NCBI GenBank assembly: GCA_951406725.2
Contig: OX597830.1
Coordinates: 76,322,001-76,386,000 of the forward strand
DNA length: 64,000 nt
Direction of reading: 5' to 3'
Origin: Octopus vulgaris
Lineage: Eukaryota
Positions 40,853 through 55,033 of this stretch are shown one piece after another. Position 1 is the first letter of the stretch, and each line of letters opens with the position of its first letter. Under the pieces are notes generated by a model. That model did no database searches. It was not told the origin of the DNA and saw nothing but the letters and a program-made list of their open reading frames with translations. The position numbers and the translations under genes are program-made.

Positions 40853-41081
40853 GGCGGCGAGCTGGCAGACATGTTAGCACGCCGGGCGAAATGCTTAGCG
40901 GTATTTCGTCTGCCGTTACGTTCTGAGTTCCAATTCCGCCGAGGTCGACTTTGCCTTTCATCCTTTCGGGGTCGATAAATTAAGTAACAGTTACGCACTG
41001 GGGTCGATGTAATCAACTTAATCCGTTTGTCTCTCCTTGTTTGTCCCCTCTATGTTTAGCCCCTTGTGGGTAATAAAGAAA
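40851..41081 (+). mobile_element. SINE family B, full length, within (TATG)n
   Basis: Complete head, body and tail, flanked by TATG arrays. Confidence 0.95.
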
Positions 41082-41694
41082 CATGTATGTATGTATGTAT
41101 GTATGTTCTTTTCTGCCTTTAATTATTTCATTTCTTCCTCTGCAGAAGGAGCTGGTCTTTTACCAAAGATACAAAATTCCTTCGTTTGAACGAAGATGGC
41201 AAAGACAGTTTTAAATTTGAGAAAAGTCTTGCATATTTTTATTGTTCCGCTTACAGATTCTATTTGTATGTAATACTGATGTTAGTAACTTGATTTATTT
41301 TTCTGGAAACCCTAACTTACCCAGATTGTCATTTAGGTATTTACTAACATAACCAAGTGCGCCAGTTATTATTGGTATAAATGGTAATTGCAGTTTGGAT
41401 ATAGAAGCTGGAGGCTTCGAAGCACTTGTCCATAGGTATCCTCTTTCGCTTCGTTTTTCAAAGAGACGTTCACATCAGCAGGAATTGCTGACAGCTACAT
41501 ACATTCTCTTGACTGTCCTTAACAAAAATATCTTGGCTGTTGCTGTTTTAACAATAAGCAAATGTTTTAATGGTTATGTTACACAAGTATTTACTGTGTT
41601 AATGTTTCTGTATGTATGTATGTATGTATGTATGTATGTATGTATGTATGTATGTATATATGTATGTATGTATGAATGTATGTATGTATGTATG

Positions 41695-41725
<31 letters not shown>

Positions 41726-41883
41726 GTATGCGTGTGTATGCATGTATGTATAATGCATACACATAGATTGATAGAAAGAAATGACATATACGCACGCACA
41801 CACATACACTCACACACATATATACATATGTATATACATACATACACACACACACACATACACAAACATACATATATATATAT

Positions 41884-42155
41884 AGGCGCAGGAGTGGCTG
41901 TGTGGTAAGTAGCTTGCCTACCAACCACATGGTTCTGGGTTCAGTCCCACTGCGTGGCATCTTGGGCAAGTGTCTTCTGCTATAGCCTCGGGTCGACGAA
42001 TGGTAGACGGAAACTGAAAGAAGCCTGCCGTATATATGTATGTATGTGTATGTATATATTTGTGTGTCTGTGTTTGTCCCTCTAGCATTGCTTGACAACC
42101 GATGCTGGTGTGTTTACGTCCCCGTCACTTAGCGGTTCGGCAAAAGAGTAAAGAG
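41884..42155 (+). mobile_element. SINE family A with internal deletions
   Basis: GGCGCAGGAGTGGCTGTGTGG head; body jumps to the AAAAGAGT tail. Confidence 0.9.
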
Positions 42156-42173
42156 TATGTATATATATATGCA

Positions 42174-42787
42174 TACTAGCAGCTAAGCCCGATTTCACCC
42201 GATCTGTTTGGATGATGTGGTTGTGATCGTTTTCGGTTAGGTACAATCTATAACAGCGTTTCTCAACCTTATCATTTTGGGTCTATTTCGATTGGAGCCT
42301 TCTGATGCATGAACATTTCCTGACTCCCCCAACCTTGTCAGATAACAGCTTCAGTGTGTGAGGAACAAATTTGTACGTAGTCTGTTTCTGCGAACTATTC
42401 TATTGGACTTCTGTCTAATCATTAAAACATTGATTTAATTATGAAAATAGAAAGAAATTATACATGAATCCCTATTTTTATAAGCAGTTTTATCTATAAA
42501 AAATTTTATTTGCAGAGCACAAATTGAAAAAAGATATATGAAATGGACGTGTGTGTGTGTGCGTGCCCCTGCTGTGTGAGCGGAACAAAATGGCGGAACA
42601 AAAGGGGGAAATTCCATTAGAAAAGTTTTAATCAAATTTCTCGGTAACTAGGAAAAAATACAAACCACATTCCAATCTCTGCACCCGGGTCCACATGTGT
42701 GCCATTTTTCACGCGAATCCCCCCACCCGTTTGGGTGTGACCCTCGAGATAGGAAAGAATACAACGATCGCCATGTCCAATTTATAT

Positions 42788-42800
<13 letters not shown>
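42174..42800 (+). mobile_element. Helitron/Helentron-like non-autonomous element (putative)
   Basis: Starts TACTAGCAGCTAAGCCCG (compare 922). Ends ...TTTTCACGCGAATCC..CGTTTG...TTTATATTATA running into (TA)n. No TIR or TSD. Classification is inferred. Confidence 0.45.
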
Positions 42801-42870
<70 letters not shown>

Positions 42871-42873
42871 CAT

Positions 42874-42910
<37 letters not shown>

Positions 42911-43164
42911 CACACGTAAATATATACGCATACACATACATACACATATATATTTGTATACATACATACATACATATATATATATATTTTTACTCTTTTA
43001 CTCATTTCGGCCATGCGGCTGTGGTCATGCTGCAGCACCACCATGCTCTTTGTAACTTCCTCAGTCTGGGGTGTTTCACATTACCACTCCTGTATGTGAC
43101 TTTTTTTTCCCCCAGCTCTTGGTACATTTAATGTATAACTGAGTTTGATTCCGCCGCCGCCCTT

Positions 43165-43263
43165 GCCAGTTGGTTCATCCGACATTGTGGAGAGGAGGAT
43201 GTCTAATTCCTTTTTGAAGTCATCTACGTCCACCTTATGCAAATTTCTTAATTTTTCTGGCAT
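43165..43263 (-). mobile_element. CR1/L2-type ORF2 C-terminal fragment
   Basis: MPEKLRNLHKVDVDDFKKELDILLSTMSDEPT aligns with LPKSLRDLHKVDVGVFKSKLGLFLPGAPN*PT at ~23348. Confidence 0.75.
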
Positions 43264-43266
43264 ACA

Positions 43267-43329
<63 letters not shown>

Positions 43330-43380
43330 ATTCACTAGTGCTTTGGTTAGTTCAAGCCTACAGTGTACGATACTTGTCCA

Positions 43381-43608
43381 CGGCGAGCTGGCAGAATCGT
43401 TAGCACGCCGGGCGAAATGCTTATCGGTATTTCGTCAACCGCTACGTTCTGAGTTCAAATTCCGCCGAGGTCGGCTTTGCCTTTCATCCTTTCGGGGTCG
43501 ATTAAAAAAGTACCAGTCACGTACTGGGGTCGATATAATCGACTTAATCTGTTTGTCTGTCATTGTTTGTCCTCTCTGTGTTTAGCCCCTTGTGGATAGT
43601 AAAGAAAG
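43381..43608 (+). mobile_element. SINE family B with 17-bp TSD
   Basis: GATACTTGTCCACGGCG at 43369-43385 and 43610-43626. The last 5 nt overlap the SINE head (5' microhomology). Confidence 0.95.
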
Positions 43609-43984
43609 AGATACTTGTCCACGGCGCCAGGCAGTATGACTGAATGAGAGACCGTGTACTGAGGAACGAATCCTCTTGAATAGTTTTACCATTTCACTCC
43701 CCGACATCCCTAGTTCTTACCAATGACCATTTCGTCTCATTGTTGATTGAATCACAAAATTAATCTCTGCTATAGACGTATCTGTTTGTGTTTGAGTTAC
43801 GTTGTATGTTTTCTTACTATTAACTTTAATTTATGAGTGTATTTGTTTACAATTGTGTTGTTGCTTTAGTTTTCAATCAACCTTCAAAATAGTAGACCTT
43901 AACATGATGTGTGTGTATGTGTGTGAGTGCTTGTGCGTGCACTTATATTTGTATACATAAAACATGCGTGGGCGCGCATATATA

Positions 43985-44075
<91 letters not shown>

Positions 44076-44344
44076 GTATACATACATATGTTTGTGTGTG
44101 TATATATATATACGCACACATAAACGTATATATATATATATATATATACATATATATGAGTGTATATATATATATATATATACATACATGAGTGTATATA
44201 TATATATATATAGTTTATGCTCAGGCACATAAAAAATCTCGTAACATAAGAAAATTGTTATTTATCTTCGTTTAGGTTATTGTGATGTTATTTATTAACA
44301 GGTCTTTATACGACTCGGTACACTCGGTTTAAATCCATTATATA

Positions 44345-44400
<56 letters not shown>

Positions 44401-44681
44401 CACCTACATACATGAATTCACGCACACATATACACATACAGGCGCGTGGTGTCGTTGTCTTCGCTTCTATCTTTCAGCCGTTTGAGTTATCTGCCTTTTA
44501 GCACCTGTAAAAATACTGCGATAATCACAAGAGCTTGGAATAAATATTGACTTTACCGCCGGCGTGACGACTCCATTGCACGCGTTCATGCTGTTCGCTT
44601 TAGTTATCTCTTCTGTTTGCTTACATTTAACGTTGTTGTTGTTGTTGCTGCTGCTGCTACTGATGTTGATTTTGTTTTTGC

Positions 44682-44714
<33 letters not shown>

Positions 44715-44892
44715 CTTCAGATAACTAACGACGTCTTTCAATACGGTAAGAGAGTGGCTCGACGACTGTTTGGAATAAATCTATAAACAATGGGATCGGG
44801 TTTTTAAGGGAATGTTGTAGTGTAGGCTTGTTTTTTGTTTACTTTTTTTTTTTTTTTGAAAGTATTTAAAGTGTATATATGATTAAGTTAAT

Positions 44893-45123
44893 GAAGGCGC
44901 ATGGCTGCTCGGTGGTTAGAGCGTAGGGCTCGCTATCATGAGGTAGTGAGTTCGATTCCCGGGTCGGGCTGCGTGTCCTATTGCAGTATTGATTTCTGAC
45001 GTCACTAATGCCAAGCTGTATCAGCCTTTGCTTTTCCCTTGGATAACATCGGAGGCGTGGGGAGGAAAGACCGGACTTGTGCCTCGGAGAAGAACATTCT
45101 AGGTGCAATCCCATTCATGACCA
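44893..45123 (+). mobile_element. SINE family D, internally deleted
   Basis: GAAGGCGCATGGCT..CGGTGGTTAGAGCG...GAGTTCGATTCC head; tail CTAGGTGCAATCCCATTCATGACC as in 61045-61382. Confidence 0.85.
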
Positions 45124-45228
45124 TAATTTAGTTTTCAGGGTAGATAGATAGATATAGATGGATGTATATGTACACACACACACACATATGCATAAACAGA
45201 TACATATATGTAGACATATACACGCGTG

Positions 45229-45276
<48 letters not shown>

Positions 45277-45295
45277 CATACATATATATATATAT

Positions 45296-45362
<67 letters not shown>

Positions 45363-45799
45363 AAGAGAGAGAGAGATAGATAGATATAGGTTAGCGACAG
45401 AAAAGGGACTTACTGATATTCTTTCTGTACTTCTTAGATGTCATGTTATGCAGTGGCTATCTTACAGGAAAATATAAAATGCGCCTTCTCGGGTGACTGC
45501 TTAAACAAGTTCCTCGCTATATAAATTTTTTTTTTCCTTTCACTCCGTCTAATTGTGTATACCTAAATTGTGATATGTCATTCCAGCAGTTCGCAGAGAT
45601 AGAGCTAAAAGCATACAATCTAATTGTCAAATATATAGATAAAATTTCGAGAAGAAAAACAAATTAAAAATACAAATAATAATATTACTAATAGTTTGAT
45701 GCTTTTATGATACTTTAAATTGGCAGAAATTGACTGCGAAATTACCTTGAATGTATCGCTCATCCAACAAATATAATCAACTTCACCCCAGACTCTCTC

Positions 45800-45836
<37 letters not shown>

Positions 45837-45887
45837 TTCACTCTTTTTGTCGTTTTGTCTGTCTGGCTTGCTGGCTGTCTCTGTTTG

Positions 45888-45932
<45 letters not shown>

Positions 45933-46599
45933 AGTTCTTCCTCTGTGTAAAACAGTGATCTCTAAGCATTTTAATCCTGATGTTTTGGAAACTTACTTTC
46001 ATTTGTAATCCTAGTATTGGAGCATCAATCACAAACAAATACCTTAGATCAGTTAAATGTTTAAGAGTGATAATACTTTTAGAACATGGTATCACAGAGG
46101 GAAAGAGGGGCGAGAGAGAGAGAGAAAAAGAGAGGTGGGGAGACATAGTAGAGATTACAAAACAATGCCAGGGTGCTCGATGCAATATGAAGCAGTAAAC
46201 TTTTGTTGCATTCCTTTAGGTTCCAAGACTCAATCATACTAGGAGCAATAATTGGTGTTTCGTTTCTACCATGGAGTTGGGCGTTTCGGGAAATTCTCGA
46301 ATGAGTAAGTGAGAGAGAAAGAGACACAGCAAGAACGAGAGACAGAGAAAAAAAGAGAGAGGGGGGAGAAAGAGAGGAGAGAATGAAAAAAGGGGAGAGA
46401 GAGATGGAGAGATACATATATATATATATAGAGAGAGAAAGAGAGATGGAGAAAAGGTCAATGATGAGAGAGAAATGAGAAAAGAGGGCAGGACAGAAAG
46501 AAAGTAGGACACTGGACTGTTTTGTTCTGTTCCCATTTCGAATTCCTAGCTGAGAGAGAGAGAGAGGGGGGGGAACAGGCAGAGTGAAAGAGGAGGAGA

Positions 46600-46900
46600 G
46601 AGAAAATTGAGCCTTGATTTTATTAGAGGTGGATCTATGGCTAATAGGGGCGATGTGCATAAATATCACCACCATCACCACCACCACCACCACTACTGTC
46701 GTTGTCGTCAGCGCCTTTCCCTCTCTCACCATGACTCATCGTGGTTTCTTGCCTGGGTTGCACTGAAAAGTAATGTGACGCCGAATGCTGGAGACCATGA
46801 ATGAAAAACTTATTGAATGCCCGGGACCAAAAGGCACGTCTACGCCCTCTCCATCCGTGCACCCAGCTGGATCGCTCGCCTGTTGTATTGGGATCTGGTA
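46600..46900. promoter_or_regulatory. Unique GC-richer island between GA tracts; possible cis-regulatory element
   Basis: Non-repetitive and CpG-containing; AP-1 motif TGACTCA (~46731) and TGACGC. No convincing ORF. Confidence 0.2.
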
Positions 46901-46915
46901 GGGCAGAGAGAAAGA

Positions 46916-46974
<59 letters not shown>

Positions 46975-47229
46975 TCCCGCTGTGGTTAAGTAACTAGGGT
47001 TGTGATTTGTAAACCAGTGGCTTATATCAGGCTCCAGTGCTTGTCAATAAAGTTATTGTTTGTTAATTGGTTATGTGTGTGTGTGTATGTGTGCGCGCGA
47101 AATCACGATGTGTACATAAACACCCACACTCACGCATGCACAGACACATACATGCATGTATGTAAAAGCTTTTATATATGTGTATATAGAATATGCATAT
47201 ACAAATAATACAAGTCGTCTCAAAAGTAA

Positions 47230-47388
47230 TAGGCGTGGTTGCCTGGTAAGAAGCCTGCTTCCCAACCCTATGGCTCCGGGTTCAATCCCACAGTGTGACA
47301 ACTTGGGCAAGTGATTTCTATTATAGTCCCAGGCCGGCCAAGACCTTGTAAACAGATTTGGTTGACGGAAACTGAAAGAAGCCCATCT

Positions 47389-47458
<70 letters not shown>

Positions 47459-47715
47459 CGTGTGTGTGTATATATATGTATGTATGCTTCTATGTATATA
47501 CCTATGTGTGTGCCTTTGTATACTCACCGCTGCTTGGCAAAGTGTATTGGTTTATGTCCGTGTAACTTAGAGATTGGACAAAAAGTAATCGATAGAGTAA
47601 GTACCAGGCTTACAAAATAATATGTACTGAGGTCGATTTTTTTCCACTAAACCCTTCTAGGCGGTGCACCTCATTGGTTGCAGTCCAATGACTGAAATAA
47701 GTCAAAGATGAAAGA
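47230..47715 (+). mobile_element. SINE family A, older full copy
   Basis: Head GGCGTGGTTGCCTGGTAAG, tail GCAGTCCAATGACTGAAAT. Confidence 0.88.
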
Positions 47716-47737
47716 AAACAATGCATTTAATTACCTG

Positions 47738-47921
47738 TTCTTTTATTTGTTTCAGTCATTTGACTGTGGCCATGCTGGAGCGCCGCATTTAGTCGGGCAA
47801 ATCGACCCCAGGACTTATTCTTTGTAAGCCTAGTACTTATTCTATCGGTACTAAGTTACGGGAACGTAAACACATCAGCATCGGTTGTCAAACGATGTTG
47901 GGGGGACAAGCACAGACACAA

Positions 47922-47958
<37 letters not shown>

Positions 47959-48045
47959 CATATACAAGGTACCACACAGTGGGACTGAACCCGGAACCAT
48001 GTGGTTGGTAAGCAAGCTACTTATCACACAGCCACTCATGCACCT
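47738..48045 (-). mobile_element. SINE family A, tail-to-tail with the preceding copy
   Basis: GTTTCAGTCATTTGACTGTGGCCATGCTGG ... CTTATCACACAGCCACTC. Confidence 0.9.
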
Positions 48046-48474
48046 ATATCCATTTATGTATCATACTTAATGTAAATTCATCATGGTAAGCAAAATCTAT
48101 TGCAGTATACTTACGGAGATAACATCTCTTATGGACGTATTGTGTAAAAAACGCAATATGTATATATCAATAGCAGACGGCGTTCGGCCAGACAGCGCCG
48201 AATAAAGACACTGGATGCAGTTCTGTTTCGTTTGGGTCTTATCAGTAGCGTCTACTCACAGCTATCGGTCTTACGCAAAATCCGTCACCACCGATATATA
48301 CAAAGACTGTAAACAAACAATCCCTAGTGATTGCAAGGAGACCACCAGCTGAATAAAAGACTTGTTATGTGCAGCAGAAGCAGTATTAGATTAAGATAGC
48401 GATTTGTGAGTCATACTTAATAGAAGAACATATAAGAATGACAAAAATTTTGCTGCAGTATTTATCTTGTGGGG

Positions 48475-48786
48475 TGGAGGCGCAATGGCCCAGTGGTTAG
48501 GGCAGCGGACTCGCGGTTGTAGGATCGCAGTTTCGATTCCCAGACCGGGCGTTGCGAGGGTTTATTGATCGAAAACACCTAAAGCTCCACGAGGTTCCGG
48601 CAGGAGGTGGCGGCGATCCCCTCTGTACTCTTTCGCCACTATTTTGTTTCACTCTTTCTTCTGTTGGTCTGCTCGCTTAGCCAGCGGGGTGGCGTCATTT
48701 GAAGGCTAAAACAATGCGAAGCGCATGGTGACCAGCGATGTGTAGCAACATCTGATAGCCTGGTCGGTCACGGTGATTACGGTGAT
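48475..48786 (+). mobile_element. SINE with family C head and body and a different 3' tail
   Basis: 48475-48665 matches 37871-38070; 48665-48786 instead matches 31303-31427. Confidence 0.9.
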
Positions 48787-48978
48787 TTGTCTTATGAGTG
48801 TGCAAGGTTAAGGAAAAATAACAATACGTTTCCATCGAGGGGAAACGAAATTCCTCCCAGTTTCGATGAGAGCTCGAACGAATTCAGAGAGTAAATAAAC
48901 TCACCAATGAAATTCCTTTATTTCATTTTACCCTTGCTCTGGACTCGAACGGTTGTTTCTTTTCTCCATCGGAGTCGT

Positions 48979-49054
<76 letters not shown>

Positions 49055-49292
49055 GTCGTCGTCGTCGTCATCATCAGCAGCACCATGTTTATCCCAACCT
49101 TCCTCTTCTTTTTCTAAATCTCATAGACTTCCTCTCTTTTTCTGAACTTCTTATATCTCCCATATTTTCATATTTACATGAGTTCATTGTATCATTGTAG
49201 GTATGTAAGCGCGCGCGCATGTGCGTGCGTGTGAGTGTTCGTGTGTGTGTGTATACAAATACATGAATTACATATTTACACACAAACACACG

Positions 49293-49337
<45 letters not shown>

Positions 49338-49511
49338 CAAAATGGACAAGAACGCAAAACATCCAAATAGACGATACAAAAAACACGGACGGGTCATTCG
49401 AAGCCTTTAATCTTTAGTCAAGAACCGGATCGTCCTCGCAATTTGGGCTGATTAATCTTGAGATTGCTCCAATCTGGCCAACATATTCATATATTATGTA
49501 TGTGTTCATAT

Positions 49512-49582
<71 letters not shown>

Positions 49583-50000
49583 GTTGGTGTGTGTGCGTGC
49601 GTGTGTATGTGTGTGTGTGTGTGTATTCGGTATGTGTCCATAGGTTTGTATTCTGTACAGAAAATCTAGGAGCAATCTTAGTGGTTGTTGTTAAACATAC
49701 CATTTAAATATTTCAGTGTCATTTCATTTGCCAAGAAAGTACACCCAAAAAACGGGGACAGGAGATTCCCAAAGAAACCATATACACCGACCACCATCAC
49801 CACCACCACCACCACCACCAACAACAACAATAACAACAACAAAAACAACAACAGCAGTAGCAGCAGCAGCAGCAGCAATAGTCACAACGTCAAGTACAGT
49901 AAAAATAAACACTAAAAAACATAATAGTTTTCAAAAATATAAACAACAACCTGTTTCATTTCTAACCACCTTTGCAATACTGGGCTATCCAACGGATATG

Positions 50001-50063
<63 letters not shown>

Positions 50064-50689
50064 GCTGTTGTTGTTGTGTTTGTGTGTATTCTTATAATTT
50101 TTGTTGCAACTCAGCTATGGAGGACAAATAGAATCAGAGCTAGTAGGGAGTGATATACGTGTTTGGCAGGGGTGTTGTTGTTGGTGGTGGTGTCGATGTT
50201 GTTGTTGTTTGGGTGTTGTGTTGTTGTTGTTGTTGTTGTTGTTTGTGGTGGTGGTGATGGTGGTGGTGGTAATGTCGTTGGTAGGGTGTTTTAGCAGTAA
50301 GAAATATAATTTCACGCGCTACCAAATGCGATAATATCCGTTAACTGTGTCTGATGGACGGACGAATCATTTTTATTCAAGTACAACTATGGAAACTGGA
50401 TTTTAATCCCGAGACAGAGACAGAAAGAGTCAAAAGGAGAGAGAGAGAGAAAGAGAGAGAGAGAGAAAGACAGAGACACGAGTAATAGTTATCCTGATTA
50501 CTTCATGTTTTGGGGGCTCTCCCCGTCTCTCGCTCAGTCGTAAAGTTTAAATGGGGCGGCGACATCTCGCTGATACAACATTCTAACATGGCGACCCCAT
50601 ACTTTTAAAATCATTGGTTTCACTCTTTTTCTCATTCAATATAGCATTTTCTCTTCTATTTTCTTCATATACATATATACGTACATACA

Positions 50690-50752
<63 letters not shown>

Positions 50753-50896
50753 CCTTTTCTGTTTCACAAAGTTTTGGTGCAGAATGTAGCCCTCGATTCT
50801 CGATATGTAAATAATGCTTTACATAAGTAATTCCCATATAGTTATTCGTATTCCCTCGTTACCCACCCCAACTCCATTTCTCTTAATCTCTCCTCT

Positions 50897-51030
50897 CTTC
50901 TCCACCTCCCTTCTACTTCTCCTCCACCTCTCTTCTACTTCTCCTCCACCTCTCTTCTACTTCTCCTCCCTCTCTTCTACTTCTCCTCCCTCTCTTCTAC
51001 TTCTCCTCCACCTCTCCTCTACTTCCCCCC
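50897..51030. repeat. Polypyrimidine minisatellite (20-22 bp unit)
   Basis: CTCCTCC(A)CCTCTCTTCTACTT repeated about 6 times. Confidence 0.85.
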
Positions 51031-51714
51031 CTCTCTCTCTCTCTCGCTCTAAAACTTATTTTTTAACAAGATTGTAGAAAAATAGATTCTGATTGGTTAA
51101 TAAATATATTGGCAACTTGGTTGGTTGGCTGGTTTGTTGCTTGTTTGTATGCTTGCTAACATTTAATCTTGCTAGAGGCTAATGAAAAACATATTTTTGT
51201 TGAGGTTATGTATACAGGACGAAATGGTTGAGTTCATAAAGTCTTTGTGTTTGTTACATGTCAGCCAAAGGTTCGAATTTAACCATGGCATTGCTCGGTG
51301 CATCCTTAAAAAAACAAAAAAAAACATCCATCATTCGATTGCAGTCTTGCTAGGAGAGCATTTTGAGGGGAGTTAGTCGAACAGATCGATCCCAATACTT
51401 AAGTTTTAAATCTGGTATTCATTATATCGTTCTCTTTCACTGAACCGCTAAAATATGGTCGGTGCATTGTGTTCTTGAGCAAAAGATTTTCATTTGACGT
51501 TGCTCTGTGGTCACTTCCACATTTTACAGGTTGGGCCGCCGCGAAACATAGGCACGGGAACCGAGGTTGCAAACACACCCCTTAAATTTTCGCGGATGGG
51601 AGCAATGAAAACGCTTTGGAACATCCTCCAGAAGAGCTTCATCGCCAAAACGAACGAGGGCAGAAACATCTTGAAACTGATTGAAACATTACTTTACCAT
51701 TATTGGATTTATCT

Positions 51715-51910
51715 GAAGGCGCTGGATAGAATGTTTGGCAGTATTTCGCCCGTCGCTTCGTTCTCAGCACAAATTCCGCCGAGGTCGACTTTGCCTTTCA
51801 TCCTTTCGGGGTCGATGAAATAATTACCAGTTACGCACTGGGGTCGATATAATCGACTAGTCCTCTTCCTCCAAAATTTTCAAGGCCTTGTGCCTAGAGT
51901 AGAAATAATT
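51715..51910 (+). mobile_element. SINE family B, alternative-tail subfamily
   Basis: B body followed by AAAATTTTCAAGGCCTTGTGCCTAGAGTAGAAA. Confidence 0.88.
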
Positions 51911-52251
51911 ATTGGATTTATCTGATTTGACTTATATAAGACTTATATCAGAGTAATAATAATTATTATACCTGTGTTTGTTTTGATAATTAATGTAGAA
52001 AAATTTTATAATTAATGTAGAAATTTTATAAGCACTACCGGCTTATAAAATTTTGAGCGCCTTATTGAACAACGAAGCCTTAGGTACTCCATGTATGAAC
52101 TATAAAAACAAATAAAATAGATAAAGTCGATACGCTCTCAGCTCGAATGCGTTAGCGCAAAAGACTGTGCAGGGTTGACTCGGGAATAAGCAACAAGTGT
52201 TTATATACTCATAGTAAAAAGTGTAAATGTAGGCCAACAAAGCTTTTTTTT

Positions 52252-52480
52252 TTAACTCTCCTGATACCAACCCTCTTGAGACCAACCTTTACTTCTACGA
52301 TACAATTTTCTTGTTTAAAAATAATTTAAATTAAAAACCGACCATCAAAATTTCATGCGAAATTATGTTCCCAGCACCGGTGTAATCGCGAGTTGTTTTT
52401 ATTAAATTATTTGTTATTTTCAAAATTCATTGAATGGAAAATAGCATCTTCTAACAGAAGTATGCTAACCAAAGAGTTAA
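52252..52480. mobile_element. piggyBac-like MITE (degenerate)
   Basis: TTAA-CTCTCCTGATACCA ... TGCTAACCAAAGAG-TTAA: TTAA flanks with imperfect TIRs. Confidence 0.5.
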
Positions 52481-53395
52481 TTTGTATTCTCTATCCTCAC
52501 ATAATGATATCAAAAACAATCGTACGTAATATAAAGCAAACTGTCACATTCAGCCTTCAGCATTTTCTGAATGACACGTATAACATCTATTCTTTTAGTA
52601 ATACGGCCCGCTTAATGAAGAGTCCTATCTCAAGTAGCCCACTTCGAGAAAATTTGCACATGCTTGTCTGATATCGTAGGACAGTTGGACCAGTGGAGTG
52701 TATACAAAAGCTTCTAACGAGGGTGACTTGCACACATAAACACTGCCAATGGGTAAAAAAGGTTTTTATCGTGGTGTGAATACAATACCTTGTGATGTCA
52801 TACATTTATTCTTTACACTGTTTGCTTTACAGCATGCATTTTCTGCATGTTATCGTCCACAAAGAACTGATCACTGGTGCATTTCAATTGAAGGGATGTC
52901 TGACAATAACGTTAACTAATTTTCAAGTAAAGACTTGGAAAAATGGAATTCAATTTCGGATTTGCATGATCTGGCTCTTCATCGTTTTTAGTCATTATAT
53001 GATAGTCTCTTCTATATTGCTAGTATACAGGTCTAATTCTTGCAAAGTAAAGTAGCTTATGTTTATAATGCATTTTCGCAGGATGAATGAATAGGACATC
53101 GATTTTGTACAGCTTCTGCCGCTACTAAATTTGACGCCGTGCGCTGCTGTGTTAAGAATAATTCCAATGTTCAAATTCTATTGTCAATTTAAATGCTCTA
53201 TACCGGTGATGGCGATCATATGACACATATCGTTCCTAGTTTAGTCCCACGGCGTGGCAACTTGGGCAAGTGCCATATACTATAGGCTCTCGTTAATATA
53301 GTAGAGTCTAATGAGATTTCAGAAAAATGTATAGATTTTCACATACAGAGAAAGAAACATGTGCGCATAACAACAATAATAATAATGCTGTTGCT

Positions 53396-53438
<43 letters not shown>

Positions 53439-53594
53439 TGTAAACAAAGAAAATCTTAAAGAGGAGTAGTCAAAACAACAATTAGCGTGGAAGGAAACAA
53501 AGAGGTACGGAGAGTTTTCAAGAGATACGAACACCAAAACAGATATAGAAGACCGGCAGATGTGGATGACCGGCAGATGTGGATGACCGGCAGA

Positions 53595-53888
53595 TAAGGC
53601 TGGTGAACTTGAGACCCGCGGGCCGCACGTGGCACGCATACTTACCTTGCGGCCCGCTTGATACTTTCTTGAAATGGTTTTATTTAAACAAACAGCGGTG
53701 GTGCCCCAGCATGGCCGCGGCCTTCGGGCTAAAACACTTTTAAGGATTTTAAGGATTTAAAAAAATTCTATTAAAAATTAAAGATTCCAACGGTAATATT
53801 TCATACTGAATCAACGATCATTCATTCATTATTGTAATAAAAACTTGATTAAACTGGCCCGCAATGTAAATCGAACTGGCCAGGCCTA
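53595..53888. mobile_element. hAT (Charlie-like) MITE carrying a short LINE tail
   Basis: Ends TAAGGCTGGTGAACTT / AACTGGCCAGGCCTA with subterminal GGCCCGC motifs. Internal GGTGCCCCAGCATGGCCGCGGCCTTCGGGCTAAAAC plus (TTTTAAGGA)n at ~53700-53760. Confidence 0.65.
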
Positions 53889-54086
53889 GAGTCCAGGCCA
53901 ACCAAAGCTTTGTGACGGGATTCTGTAGACAGGAAATCAAAGAGTCCCGTCGTATGTGTGGGCGTGCGTGTGCGTGTTAGTGTGTATGTTTGCCCCCTCC
54001 CTCTCCACCGCAGCTGGACAACTGTTGATTGCTTGTTTACGTTCCTGTAACTTAGTGGTTCGTCCTGAGAGAATAATAGAATATGG

Positions 54087-54974
54087 GGATCTTTTCAATT
54101 CTGAAGCCAGTTTTTTCAAATTTTTCCTACTGAACCAAACAATTTGAAACTTCGTATACTGGTAGAATGTGTCAAAAGTAAACTTAATTGTAAACCAGAA
54201 TGAAAACGGAATTGTAACTTCTAAGTTTAACGTTGTTTAATAATTAGAATTTTAACCAATGATATTCCGTCATTCGGCTTTATTTTATTTACTCCGTCTC
54301 GACCACCAATTTGGTGACGTATTAAACATCTTAAATGTAAACAAGCCGCATGTCTCCGTGAAATCTCCTTCTAATTATTTAACGTACTCATGTTTCCAGG
54401 ATCCTATAGTCAGCCACCTTCTAATAACAATATTTAAAACTAGTTAATAAGCCACATGTATTAAATTGAAAATGTTTCCATTCTGTTAGTACTTGCTTTC
54501 GTTTGCTATTAAGAAGTGGCATCTCAGTGACGAGGCTTCTAACAAGATTTCGTTTCTAAGCTAATGCGTTTCATTTCACTTATTGTATTTATTTGTGCAA
54601 AAGGCAAGAAATTTAATATTAAAAAAGCAAAGAGCTGGCAGAAACGTTAGCACGCCGGGCGAAATGCGTAGCCGTATTTCGTCTGCCGTTACGTTCTGTG
54701 TTTGTTTACAGTTTTCCGAACGTTAGTACGTCACAAAAGCGCTTTCTACGTCACACTAATAGAATGCAGTCAAGTTTTACACATGAAAACAAACAATCTG
54801 ATTGGTTAAAATTCGCAGTTTTAATCTACGATTAAAGTCATAAAATAGATTTTTCTCAAATAAACTAGTTCCAACCTGTGTCTTGTTTTGCTAGACTCTA
54901 TCAGCATACGAAGTTTCAGAATATTTAGTTAAGTAGAAAGATCTGTGGTCCTGGCTTCAGAATTGAAAAGATCC
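54087..54974. mobile_element. Non-autonomous DNA transposon, 24-bp perfect TIR, 8-bp TSD (Merlin-like)
   Basis: TIR GGATCTTTTCAATTCTGAAGCCAG at 54087-54110 and 54951-54974; TSD GAATATGG at 54079-54086 and 54975-54982; imperfect subterminal inverted extension. Interrupts a SINE A and contains a SINE B head (54630-54700). Confidence 0.88.
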
Positions 54975-55033
54975 GAATATGGAATAGATTTTAAAGAAAA
55001 GCTATTTACCGGGTTAGATTTGTTCTGCTTAAA

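Noticed and set aside
48210-48255. Minus-strand CTGATAAG...CGAAACAG motif
   Set aside because: Core mismatch and no pairable stems I/II; at best a dead ribozyme relic.
53551-53595. GACCGGCAGATGTGGAT repeated 2.6 times
   Set aside because: Simple 17-bp local tandem duplication with no spacers or evident function.
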